The notes: generated by a model from the sequence alone, not told the origin. DNA of 64,000 nucleotides from Trichoplax adhaerens (GCF_000150275.1 NW_002060943.1:7882066-7946065), one strand, 5' to 3'; counted from the first letter of the stretch, positions 38,359-51,317 are shown. Made by a program: numbers and translations.

Positions 38359-40215
38359 TCTAGGGTTTGCTGTTTGGTTGATTTTACTGTACAGTTGTAT
38401 AATTGTGAATGATGGTGCACACACGATCGGGTATTCAATCTTTCACATCTCGTATAGTTGATTTGTACGCTATCTCAATGAAAAAATTACTGTTCACTTT
38501 GACGTAAAACATCTGTGTAATTTTCATAGATGAAGACGATATTTAAGGAAAATGATGACACGTATAATTTTTAGCTACACTGGGTCAAACATTCTACCAA
38601 ATACTACAATAATCTTCTAATCATGTACTGATGTGCTGTACTGTATTGTACGTTTTTATTATTTTTATTTACTGTTGCTTTATTCCTAGAAAACTGCTTT
38701 ATTTTTTTTATATTTGTGGATGTGTGCGCGGTGTGTGCATGATCATAACAGATTTTGTAAATAAATTGAATGCTACGCTACAATATTCGTGATCTCTATT
38801 CCACAGCGGTGTAATATCACGGAATGAGAAAAGTGTCGATGAAGCGAGAATTGCAAAAATTTCAAAAGAATGGAAAAATTTTTTTCATGAACTTTCAATG
38901 AATAAATTTGTATTACCGACAGACGACTTTTTTCATCGAAATTACGTACAGTATGCCGTACCCTACAGTGCATGATATTATTATTTTTTGCACGTTAAGA
39001 CGTCCATTTAATCATCAATTAGTTTACTGTATACTCTTCTAAGTTGTAGCACAATACGGTACAGGCGGTGCTTCCCTAGAAGGAAAGCATCCAAACACGG
39101 CTTACAGGGCTTTTAAAGTCGCAAGATACAAAGTGTGAACGTGTACAGGCACAGTATTGTACTGCTGAACATGCACCTACAGTACAAGACCGAAAGTATG
39201 ACACTTGTCATACTGTACAGTAATACTGTGCTACATACTGAGATCTGAGGGAATGGAGAATTTGAGTAAAAGAAAGTTTTCTTTACCAAAGGTTCTAATA
39301 CAGTGAACCCATCTCATTTCAGTCATAGACTTGGTATATTAATTAATATCAGTATATAATGGTTCATGCAAAGCGGTAGGGCAGAGACAGTATCTACAAA
39401 AAAACAATCATAGTAGTAGTACTGTACCGTTGCTTTTTATAACTTGAGCAACCTTGCTGATTAATGTCTACTGGTGATGGGGATCTCTTGTGTGTCGACC
39501 TAAATTATAGTATACGCAAGGAATAAAAATAAAATCAATTTGAAAGAGCAAATGTTGAATCATTAACATCATTTTCGAACTTATTATAGCGTAACAATTA
39601 TAAAATACAGCACTGTATAGAAAGCAAAGTATAATTTTAACGCCACATCGTTACAGATAACTTGAGGAAAAAAAGTCATTACTATACCATAGCTATTATT
39701 ATTTATAGCTGAATTTCTCCGACACACAGACATGATTCTAACCTATTAACGGGTAGTTTCACACTATCTAGAACTTCATTGCTATGGTCCATCCGTCGTT
39801 AATCTTCACTAGTACAATGATAACTACGTCTAAGGTTTTCCATTCGCATATAGCGTGCTTCCTTTCTTTTTCTTACTTCAATAGACAACCAATGAAGAAA
39901 TGTATGGATAAAAATTATCAGTTTTTTATTTACATCTCTGAATTACTTGGAAATATAGCGGCTTACACAGGAATACGAGAGTCGTTTTATTGATTGATGA
40001 TGTCGAAAGTCGAAACGATGACTGGAATATTCAATCTTCAAAGATGATACTATCAATACTTCAATTACTGCCCTGCCGTTCGCTTAAAAATGCGCAGCTC
40101 TGGGTAATCAATAAATCATAATAAAATTAAAATTAAAATTAATAAAAAATTATTAATTCCCTGCCAGTTTTTAGCTGTAAGGTACTGTAGGCTGGTAATA
40201 GAGTATGAGGTAATT

Positions 40216-40520
40216 GTACAGTACAGTACCGTACAGTACTGTACGTCTTTTATAGTGTACTGTACACTGTACAGTACCGTACTGCACAGTGTAAAAGGAA
40301 CGTCTGGCGATTTCTATCAGTACAGTACAGTAGTACAGCGACAATAGGTAGAAATCTTCAAGATCTTTACTGAACTGTACAGTGTACAGTATGACTTTGC
40401 GTGTGAATCGAAAGTACTGTACTTTACAGTACTATTTACTGTGCACGGGTACACGGCACAGCTGATGCAGTGAACAACACTCATTATGCTGCATCATCTT
40501 TTTTTAGTACAGTACAGTAT
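40216..40520. promoter_or_regulatory. CAGTA/TACTG cluster upstream of PRDX5
   Basis: TGTACAGTACAGTACCGTACAGTACTGTAC and similar runs, with a second cluster at 40815-40850 just before the ATG. Confidence 0.55.
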
Positions 40521-40903
40521 ATAACAGTTTAGCCTAACCACGGCAGATGTGCCATGTTGCTGACAAGCTGTCATGTTGTTCGCTGGACTACACTGTACCA
40601 GTATACTTTTCAGTCATAATCGACATTTGTTTACAATTTGGCATGGAAAAGTACAGTGGACGTTCATTGCGGTACTTTTACTGGAACAATTTTGCCTTCA
40701 TCTTGTTGTCCGAGGTGGTAGTGCACTTGAGTACAGTACCGGCCGACAGGCGGTACTCTCATTATCGATAATTCATGACTGCATGCAGATTGCAGTATAG
40801 CCAGTATCACGGTACGTACAGACGGTATAGTACTGTACTGTACATACAGTAAAGTAATTTCAATTGCTGAAGATCGTGGCCATTGAGCGACTACTGTATA
40901 ATC

Positions 40904-41910
40904 ATGACTTCGGTGTCACTTGTAACTACATTTGCTCGAAGATTTTCTTCGACATCTCGCTTATTGCAGATTCAAGTTGGAGACAAATTACCATCAATAG
41001 CGTTACATCAAAATAGTCCTGGTAACAAGGTAGACATAAGGCAGCTATTTGCTAATAAGAAAGGAATATTATTTGCTGTACCTGGCGCTTTTACTCCAGG
41101 ATGTTCCAAGACCCATTTACCTGGTTATCTTCAACATTACGACAATTTTAAATCCAAAGGCATTGATGTTATTGCATGCGTGTCTGTCAATGATGCCTTT
41201 GTTGTGGATGCTTGGAGTAAAAGCAATAACGTAGATGATCGACTTGAAATGCTAGCTGATACATCTGCGCAATTTACCAAGTCTGTTGGACTCGATTTTG
41301 ATGCTACTCCAGTTTTAGGTAATAATCGTATACCTGGATATGCATTACTGTATGCTCTAGACCAGGGACGTGATAGGACTAGGCATAAAATACTATATAG
41401 CGTCCACGTATCTAGCTTTATCAAAGTTGATATTATCGCGTATAGTAAGTAGCAACTCTGCTCAATACGTTTACTTTTACTCTTTTTTAGTCTTATAGTA
41501 AAGAATCCTACTGCAATCTTAACTCTTTAAACATGAACCTCTATGACTGTACAGTACTGTACAGTGTACATTAGTGCTATGCATGTACCATTGTACCAGT
41601 CGGTTTAAAATTGAAGAAAATCAACGTAAATAAATAAAATTTAGGTAGATATTACTGTAAGAAGAAGAATCATAATTAAACCACTGGTAATTGTTATAAT
41701 TGTCAAAAAATAGAATGTTACAACTACAATTGAGCGAGAATTTTTTTAAATGTTTTAATTCATTTTACGTCATACGATATAGGCAACATTCGATCGAAAA
41801 GATATGCGATGATCATAGAAGACACAGTGGTAAAACAGATTAATGTTGAACCTGATGGCACGGGACTTAGTTGCAGTTTGGCTCAGAATATTTTAGAGCA
41901 ATTATCATAG
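40904..41910 (+). CDS. PRDX5: Peroxiredoxin 5 (atypical 2-Cys), 2 exons (40904-41318, 41783-41910)
   Basis: Arg/Ser-rich presequence-like N-terminus [21 protein letters not shown]; [17 protein letters not shown] (peroxidatic Cys); [10 protein letters not shown]. Exon 2 gives [14 protein letters not shown]…[14 protein letters not shown] (resolving Cys) and ends ILEQLS*. Confidence 0.96.
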
Positions 41911-43101
41911 AACTGATAAATGTTATTGGTAATAAACTGCAGTATATTGCTTGGCTCTAATTAATTGATATCAAGATTGCCAACCTGTTTGATAAAGCAA
42001 ATCATTTCGATCTCATTAAACTTATTCTTTCATTACGTGGTAAAGCAATTATACGTTGTTACTGTGTGAGGTGCATATTACATTCAATCCTTAAAAATCT
42101 GTTCATGCGCTATTAGAGCTGTTTAAGTTGATAACATACGAGTAGAATCGCTAGTACAATTTACAGCTCACTTAGTCATACTGTGCCTACTTTACTTGCA
42201 TAAGCAAGATATGATATACAGAAACATAAAGAGTCAATCTATGGTACTAAACTATTGTCGAGAATAGCTACCAAGAACTTACTTTGCAAACTTGATTGAA
42301 ACAAAATAAAATTAATAGATGAACAGGACATACGCGTATGTGATGAAATGACAATCTGATATACTGCAGTCGCTATAAATGGAACACAAAGATGAGGTTG
42401 TACTGTACGTTTCGTACGATTCTGGACTGAAGTTACTTAACCAAATTGATGAAGACGCGATATACATCTAGCTAAAGCAAAGTTGCTAGTTGAAGAGGTT
42501 AATAACATTTTATGTACAGCAAATTAACACTTGCGTCTTTGAAAAGACGCGCATAATTTCTCCATATCATGGATGTTAATATACATTACAGTACAATATG
42601 ATACAGGTAATACTTAAGAGATTTACTCTATATACAGCACTTTACAAATGTACATAATTTGCATGATTAATACTTACGACGAAATATTAATCATAGTTTA
42701 GATAATCTTACAGTATAAATGCATTACACAGTAGAATATGATCAAATGCGAATTTAATTTATGCAGTCTACATAGCATTATTATAACTGTGATACACTAT
42801 CCTGCAACCTACAACTGAAAAAATAGCGTGGATCCCGATCAGAAATAAGTTACAATGAAGTGTATCACGTTCATACTCGTAAACAATAATATACGCGTAT
42901 AAAAAAAGCATAAATGTACATATATAAGCGTACATACGTAACAGGAGATAATTAAATATGTAGAATGCTAAAGGATTAACAAGATAATATTATTATCGAA
43001 TCCCTATTAATCATTGATCCATCTCTTCCACGGAAATACAGATCTGCAATATGCTACTTACAACGTTAACCAATACGGAATAAATATCAATCAAAATAAT
43101 A

Positions 43102-43932
43102 TTATTCGTCTAAAAGAGAGTCTTGCGTCCATTGAGTAAATATTATCGGTGATGGAGGGTCTGTAACTTTTACAAAGTCATTGACGTCCTCATAATGCAA
43201 TTCAGATATCTGCAAATTGCTATCTCCAACAGGCGGCACTCGGGCACTGTCGGTAAAAATGTCTAAATTAATATCATTTTTGATAAACTCGACATCCTCT
43301 TCTCCACTGGGATAACTTGCCATAATATTTTTACTTTTATTGCAATTATCTGTAGAACTAAATCTGTCACTTGGAATATCGCTTTCGTTAGCAGTTAACT
43401 TATCATTATTTTTTAAAGTGGTCGAAGTTGCACTAGTATGCAAGCATTTGTTGATTTGATCCATGCTGCTATCCTCATCGTCATTACCTGGAAAAGTTGA
43501 TAAAATTACGCGCATATACTGTATAATTTTATGTTGATTCAATGAAGAAGAACTACTATTGTTACCTTCGTATGATCCATGAACAGGAAAGCTGTTCGAG
43601 GCATATTTAAAGAAGGAGGTTAACTTGGTCTGAGTAAGGCATGGTGTCGTAATTGGTTTGCCGCTGATTAGCAATTCGCTGTTAATATGGCGTCTAGTAT
43701 CAATAGGGTCTACACTATTTCTATCAGTATCAAGTTTTCGAAAGACCTGTCGATGAATCTGTGTCTGCTTTTTTCTTTTATTAACTTTTGGTGTATTTTG
43801 TGAATTCTTTTGCTTTTCACATGATAACCATTCTGTATTCTTGCAGTCATAGGGATAATTCTCTGACAACTTCGGGTGATAGAGTTCCAGATTTTGAAGA
43901 TTAAACTTTGATCCTAATTTGTTCACCGCCAT
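43102..43932 (-). CDS. Intronless 276-aa, largely disordered protein with a canonical PIP box; possibly AUNIP-like
   Basis: Uninterrupted 831-bp ORF from the ATG at 43932 (MAVNKL…) in AT-rich DNA, head-to-head with EIF4E2. Motifs: NKRKKQTQI, QTKLTSFF (43632-43609) and C-terminal IFTQWTQDS. Confidence 0.72.
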   Translation of the reverse strand: MAVNKLGSKFNLQNLELYHPKLSENYPYDCKNTEWLSCEKQKNSQNTPKVNKRKKQTQIHRQVFRKLDTDRNSVDPIDTRRHINSELLISGKPITTPCLTQTKLTSFFKYASNSFPVHGSYEGNNSSSSSLNQHKIIQYMRVILSTFPGNDDEDSSMDQINKCLHTSATSTTLKNNDKLTANESDIPSDRFSSTDNCNKSKNIMASYPSGEEDVEFIKNDINLDIFTDSARVPPVGDSNLQISELHYEDVNDFVKVTDPPSPIIFTQWTQDSLLDE

Positions 43933-44486
43933 GACTAAAAATCGAAACACATTAATTCAAAATATCCCGCGTACTCGACACCAACACATTACAGTACTGT
44001 ACTGTACTGGAGCTAGAGGTCTTCATGGTCTGGTCCGATCCGGACCCAAGTCTGTACTTCTAATTCTACAGTACTGTACTGTACTGTACTGTACACCTGT
44101 TGACGATATACAGTACTGTACTGTACTGTACAGTAGTACTGTAGTTCGCAAGTCTCTAGTAATAGTACGGTAGTGTGTACTGTACAGTACAGTGAGTGTA
44201 CAGTACAGTACAGTACAATGCAGTACAGTACAGTGGCGATGATTTCATAGTGACATTGCTTTTGCTAGAACACCAATATTCTAGTGGTTAACGCTAGTCC
44301 CCGAGTGCAGATTTGCAGTCACTCGAACGATCTTCTGCACACAGATATACAGACGTACGGAATACCCAAACATTATAGCTCGCTCTCATACCATTTCATA
44401 TCATATCATACTGTACAGTACTGTACCGTAGTGAGCTAGAAAATTTTAAAATTTCTCGAAAATTAGTGCCCTAAAAAAAGACAAAT
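43933..44486. promoter_or_regulatory. Bidirectional promoter region with the densest (TACTG)n/(CAGTA)n array in the window
   Basis: 554 bp between two divergent ATGs. TACTG runs at 43990-44140 face CAGTA runs at 44176-44234. A small inverted repeat GGTCCG-ATC-CGGACC lies at 44032-44046. Confidence 0.7.
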
Positions 44487-47220
44487 ATGAACAAGAACGC
44501 ATTTGAAGTGTAAGTTGAAGAAGCGAACTATCTTATAATTACGGTTGGTCTCATTTGCAATATGATTTCACCCATTTTGTTTTACTTATTTACAGTTTAT
44601 CACCAGACGCTGAAGATAGTGGAGATGTGAGTATACACGTAAGAAGTAGTTAGAAGGATCATTCTCAATAAGTGCATCTTTTCCATCTGTAATACGAATT
44701 GTATGTAATTTACAGATACTGTACTTTATGCATAATATACATTGCACAATACAGTATAAGGTAATTAAATCGCTATAGCACGAAAAATCTTACGTTGCTG
44801 TGTTGCAATGATCGCTTGCAGTTTCGAAAGATTGATTTAAGCATATTGTACACATATCGGTTAGCTTAGGACTCGACAATTTTTATACGTATTTTACTCC
44901 ATCAGACACGTATTGCTACAGCTTAATATATTCGATTTGATATCGATATTAGGAAGAAAGTAAAGCGCTTTCAGACGCCACTGTAGCCGTTGGAGAGCAT
45001 GCCTTGAATAGCAAGTTTACATTTTGGTTCTCGCGACGACCGCCTGGTAAACAACAGACACCAGTAAACTATGAAGAAAACATTAAACCCGTTGGCACTG
45101 TTGCCTCGGTAATAAGGAATGTTCAAAATTTCAATGTCAAACATCTGTTATTCAGTATTTATTGTATTGTACGTGCAAAGTACGATATCGAAGTTTAGTG
45201 ATCGTAGTTTGTAAACATGCTGAAATTAGGCTTCAGAAGGTCACTGTTTTATCTTTAATGGTGACCTTCAAAAACTATGCAATGTACTCTATCCTACTAC
45301 TGTACTGCATGTTTGTGCAAATATTCTTTATTCCCTTTCAAATTTGCTTTAATTCTTTGAAAGGTCGAACAATTCTGGAATTATTACAGTCATATGGCAC
45401 GGCCAGGGGATCTGACAGGACACAGTGATATACATTTATTCAAGGATGGCATCAAGCCCATTTGGGAGGTTGTTTGCATTTATGTTATAGTAATTGTGGA
45501 GACTTTGTATGACTATAATTGCAGTGGGTACGATAGTGTGTAGTACTACGAAGTCGCGATATTGTAACCAAGTGATACCAATTGAGTGCTATAGTATTAT
45601 AATGCTCTATCTATTCCCTACAGCTTAATCTATATAGCTATATGAATATTTTTAGTTATGGTTCGTGAACGTATAAATCGTATGAATGCTGTACTTGTAA
45701 ATACTTTCAAGCCCCGTTTGTATTTACATATAATTATAATAGTTTAACTTAAATAGATAGATAGATGTATATATTTACCATTAGTCCCTGATTTTTACAG
45801 CAGTATCGCAACTCTATTAACCAATTGTTTCCCTAGTACTTTACTAACATTTGACTACATGCATTTCTTAAAAGGACGAAGCCAATCGTGAAGGTGGCAA
45901 ATGGATTATAAGATTGCGAAAGGGCCTTGCTTCTAGATATTGGGAGAATTTGGTAAATTGAAAAAATTAAATATTTATGTTAAACCCGTTATTATTTTAT
46001 TATGTCTTACGCACAGGACCTACGATATAAAGTAATGATATAAGTTATCATATAATCCAATCAGCGACCGTTTTATGCCTTTAAAATAATTGATAGCGTT
46101 ATTTCATGTTCCATAAATCAGATGCTAATTATCTTATCCTTAATGGTCATTTGCTGTACCATTTCTGAAATAAATATTTATATTATACAACACCGAATAC
46201 AGATTTTAGCAATGATAGGAGAGCAGTTTGCAGTTGGAAACGAAATTTGCGGTGCTGTTGTATCTATCCGGTTTCAGGTATGTCTACAGAATTTAACGAT
46301 CATTAATCAAAATATATAATCAGAAATGCCTTAAATAAGTGAAGCTGCACCATTAGATCACGTATCACTTAGTGAAGTTGTTATACGAAAGTAATAGAGC
46401 CTGTTGTATTAGCCTCATCTAATATCTTCGTAAACATGCCTGAAAACTTGTTAAACCTGTAGGAAGATATTTTATCCCTGTGGAATAGATCTGCTACCGA
46501 GCAGCTAGTTACTGCTAGAATCAGGTAAAATAATGGTACTCTTAGTATTTCATACGTTGTTAATGTACATGATTCTGTTATTAATAAAAAGTAATGTAAT
46601 CGTCTGTATAGTATCAGTTGTAATATCAAATATATACATATCATAGTATACATACATTAATTATTAATTGATATATGTGTGTTTAAACGAAATTCGAATT
46701 TAAATCTTAGAATGTTAATTAAAGCATAACCTTATGCGCATATGCGATATCATGAGGTTTCTATTGCCGCGCCAACATCGAAACAAAAAATTACCACAAA
46801 TGCTAATATTTGAAGGTTTGAGCTAATAAAGCTATATTCTGTATGTTTTTCAATGATTGCAGGGATACACTGAAACGAGTTCTTGGACTACCGGCCAACA
46901 CCATTTTGGAATATAAATCACATAATGATAGCCTAAAGTACGTATATCACTTGATCTCTATCTTTTACTATTTGTCATCTTCTGTTATATTTTGTTACTA
47001 TATCTTCCGCAATCTCTGTGTAATATCTGACCTTTCCTTGTCTTCTACAGTAGAAAATACAAAAATACTAGTATGCATTTTTGCTATCTTATCATAAATA
47101 TTACACAAAAGATTGTACTGTAGATTTATGAAATGGAATTTTTTGTATTCATAGATTGTGCGCTTTTTTTCATTTAGAGATAACTCGAGTTATAGGAATA
47201 CTGATGTTTTCGTGAAGTAA
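44487..47220 (+). CDS. EIF4E2: eIF4E family class II cap-binding protein (4EHP), 9 exons
   Basis: Exons: 44487-44509, 44596-44626, 44953-45108, 45364-45468, 45875-45952, 46203-46277, 46463-46524, 46863-46937, 47178-47220. Translation includes FTFWFSRRPPG…NYEENIKPVGTVASVEQFWNYYSHMARPGDLTGHSDIHLFKDGIKPIWEDEANREGGKWIIRLRKGLASRYWENLILAMIGEQF…IRDTLKRVLGLPANTILEYKSHNDSLKDNSSYRNTDVFVK*. Tyr at the first cap-stacking position is the class II hallmark. Confidence 0.96.
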
Positions 47221-49744
47221 TGACATCCGGTATACATAACCAGCACAGCAATGTTGCTATCAACAAGATTTGAGTTATTCTTCTCGGCGAAAATTTGTAC
47301 AATAATATGTAATTAATCTACGCATGTATTTGTTGTAATTGTCTGTAAATTATAATAATTTGACCTTTGTTGACTTAACAATACTATGCAATATTATGAA
47401 TCCGATTGTACAATGTGAGTGAAAAGTTTCTGTATGGTAGCTATTTACATAACTAGATCGAATAGGTTTTAAACTGATTAAATGTATATTTATTTATATA
47501 CCCAAGTGCAGGCTTTGATAGCAGCAAGTACAATAATATCTCTAAGGGTTGCTAGTAGATTTCTGAACAATTTCTATATACTTGTTCTGATTTACCACCA
47601 AGTAGCAGTACTGCCCATTGGTAAAAGTTACATAACTTTATTATGGTGTCTGCCTAGCAAGAATATTACAATGTAGAACATCACCTGTTAACATGAATAG
47701 CTGCAGGCATAGGCAGCCGTATGCCTGTCCATATACATAATTTATTCTAATTCATAGATTCACGTATTAGCATTGATCATATTTTTAATTTGCATGGGGT
47801 CATTGATTTCATGACATCTCGCAATTGATAATACCTTATTATTACAACACTATCATATCGTAACTCCTGATGTAGTGGCCTGTAAAAATTTGGCACTTGG
47901 CAGAATCCTACAGTATTCGCTGTCATAATAATCATTACAGATGATACGGGATACGATACTATTAAGCATACAGTAGCATTCAAGTGTAATCCTGACTTAA
48001 CAAACGATTTTGAAGGTTGAAGCATTTGCAATATAACGTGCAAATCTTAATTACAGCTAATTTATTCTGTTTTTCATAATATATATATAGCGAAAGATTC
48101 ATTAAGTATACTAATTGATAATTACACAATTTATGCTACACAATGCCCATGTGTACCACGCTCCTAGTCAATTCCTAATTATTTTATCACTATATTCCTA
48201 AAAATACTGTATATTCGCATTTCTGTACCCAGCAAAATGTATGAAATTATAACATTTCATATCAGAATACTCGCTCCAATCTCAGACCAGACCTCACATG
48301 TACAGGTGTACCTGTTGTACCTTATTCTCATAACACATGAAACAAAAACTTTGGTAGCAAGTAACACTGAGTGTAGTAGGAATAGTGCAATTTATTAAAG
48401 ATTATTCTGGCCGAAATCTTGAGGGCAACTAGAAACTTTAATGGTAGCTTCGTCATATCATGTATGAATTTTTTATTCGCTACTCAAAGATACAAGTGCT
48501 ACTGTATTTATTCTTTCTTATTTTTATATGCCATAATTAGTTTCGTGGAAGGAAATCCAATTATGAATGTTTGCACAAACCAAAACAGCTGCTGCCAAAA
48601 TGGCAATTCTTTTTTTCTGTAACGTTGAAGTGCATAGGTATACTGTTAGAACTGTCATCATAATTGTTAACTATGCAATATCTTTAACTAGGCAAAGAAA
48701 AAGTAGACTCTGTAATAATAGCAGAAGATACATAAGAATCAAAAATATGCATAGAATAGCAATTATTCCATCATGTTGCATGTTTATGAGTTTACTCCAT
48801 GACTAATGTGTGGTAAGTTAACCAGTTTTGGACTTGATCCTACTGGGTTACATACGTACACTTACGGTAAATATGTATTTCATCGATGGATTCAGATCTT
48901 AATTTAAGATATAACAAGTTACATACTACTGTACTACGTTGTTGCAATACAATACGCCACACTCAGGTCTAAGCCACAGGCTATAGTTCTACATGTACGC
49001 TATTACAGAATAATACTTTTAGTTCTATTCTTCCAAATCATCAAATAGGATACCGGTAGATCTTTTAATTTACATATTCAGTACACGACAGTTACATTAT
49101 GCTGTAACGTTAATGTATCTCGTAAGTTGCAGTATACTGCACTACGCTTGCATATACATATCATCGCATCACCTGTAAATGTTACATGATATAGCAGTAT
49201 ACAATAATAATATTAATAGGTATACCTGCTTAGATAAAAAGCATAGGTGGCTTCGAGTATATGTAACCCCACAGCTACCTTAAAACTTCAAGATAGAATA
49301 AAATATCAGCACATTCACGATCTCGGAGATATTATTATTTTGTGGTTCTAATAGCTCATACGCGATGCAACATATATATTTATTCACTTTAATGAGATCA
49401 CTGTAATTATGTAATTGCATCTAATTAATTAAATATTACTGTGCACCATCGCATTCCTAATCAAGGCTGATCACTCACTGTAACTATACGATACATGTAG
49501 TACGATAAATTGCATAAGTCCTATCCAGCAAATCCAGCTGGCATGTCGCTTAAATCTAGCATTTATAATTGTCGTAAAAGGTAACAGGTTGTCCGTACGG
49601 TCGAGTATAGATAATAAATGACGACTGAAAGTCTTCAGAAAGTACACACTATGGTAACTATGACATGCCGTACATTCGAATAGTAGCAAAGTGTATCTTG
49701 TAAAGGCTAGATACTCTTTTTTAAATTAGGCCTACAGTATATTG

Positions 49745-49894
49745 GTATATAGTTGCATACAAACTGGTAAATGAACTAGCAGTGATGTTGCGTTGATCAT
49801 TCTATTACTTACCCAGTATATTCGTATATAGTTGTATACAAACTGGTAAATGAACTAGCAGTGATATTGCGTTGATCATTCTATTACTTACCCA
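49745..49894. repeat. Tandem duplication, period 79 bp, two near-identical copies
   Basis: GTATATAGTTG(C/T)ATACAAACTGGTAAATGAACTAGCAGTGAT(G/A)TTGCGTTGATCATTCTATTACTTACCCA at 49745 and 49824. Confidence 0.93.
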
Positions 49895-50403
49895 ATATCT
49901 AATGAGGTGAGATAATTTTCCCTTAGTTTTATTAAAGGATCACCCAGCGGTCCAAGAGATTTATACGGAATCAAGTCAGGTCTGTAAGTTTCCATCTGTT
50001 TCGTTGGTTAACGGTAAGTAAATATATATAATTAATTCATGTACCGTAGATAGTGACTCATAGAATGCAATGATATACTGTACGTACTTTTTACAAATTA
50101 CGGATTATAATTTTATATAACGCAGTGCTGTATGACAACGAATACATACATAAAAAAATGAAAGCCCAAACACTATCGTGACCGTCCAAAACATCGACGG
50201 AAATCGAATATATCCCTGACTTGCGTCTCTTTTTGGTGCCATTTTTGGTTATGTACGGGTTTTTTTATCACTGGAAACGTTCAAATCACCAAGGTGTACT
50301 GTACGTACAATGTGCCGTAGGCCTGTCACGAGTCATGACTCGGTCTACAGTACAGTATGTGACTGACGGACTTGACTGATGGACTGCAGCACAGTATTTA
50401 TTC

Positions 50404-51317
50404 TAATATCCACGAGTAGGCATGGTGCTGCACAGGTACAGTAGATGTACAGGGTGTCTCATAAGTATTTCCCACTGTTTGAAATTATATCACATTATAA
50501 CTTCAAGTCCTTATTAGACAAATTTGGTATTATTTGATATGATATCATGACTTCATGAGGATATTAGTAATATCACGAGTAGGCATGGTGCTGCACAGGT
50601 ACAGTAGATGTAAATTTAGTAAATTACTGCAGTAATCCATGCATGTAGCCGGTGTAGTGTACAGTATCTAGTCGTAGGTATCTACTTCTGAGACAAATAG
50701 AAATCGCGGATATCATCATGAAATCATACCATATGATATCATGACTTCATGAAGATATTAGTAATATCACGAGTAGGCATGGTGCTGCACAGGTACAGTA
50801 GATGTAAATTTAGTAAATTACTGCAGTAATCCATGCATGTAGCCGGTATAGTGTACAGTATCCAGTCGTAGGTATCTACTTCTGAGACAAATAGAAATCG
50901 CGGATATCGTCATGAAATCATACCATATGATATCATGACTTCATGAAGATATTAGTAATATCACGAGTAGGCATGGTGCTGCACAGGTACAGTAAATGTA
51001 AATTTAGTAAATTACTGCAGTAATCCATGCATGTAGCCGGTATAGTGTACAGTATCTAGTCGTAGGTATCTACTTCTGAGACAAATAGAAATCGCGGATA
51101 TCATCATGAAATCATACCGTACGATATCATGACTTCATGAAGATATTAGTATAGATGTAAATTTAGTAAATTATTGCAGTACTGTAATCCATGCATGTAT
51201 CTAGTGTAGTGTATAGTATCTAATCGTAGGTATCTACTTTTGAGACAAATAGAAATCGCGGATATCATCATGAAATCATACCATACGATATCATGACCTG
51301 ATGAAGATATTAGTATA
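50404..51317. repeat. 194-bp tandem array: three near-identical full units plus partial or deleted flanking units
   Basis: CACGAGTAGGCATGGTGCTGCACAGGTACAGTA starts at 50411 (partial), 50574, 50768 and 50962. The last unit (51150-51317) lacks the first ~40 bp. Confidence 0.95.

Noticed and set aside
41319-41452. Alternative PRDX5 C-terminus shown in the ORF track
   Set aside because: This is read-through into the intron. The conserved C-terminus with the resolving Cys is in exon 41783-41910.
42340-42430. Possible C/D-box snoRNA (GTGATGA…CTGA…CTGA)
   Set aside because: No terminal stem, not intronic, no convincing rRNA-complementary guide, and such boxes arise often by chance in AT-rich DNA.
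50404-51317. CRISPR-like appearance of regularly spaced palindromic repeats
   Set aside because: Whole units are duplicated with no unique spacers, there are no cas genes, and the context is eukaryotic.
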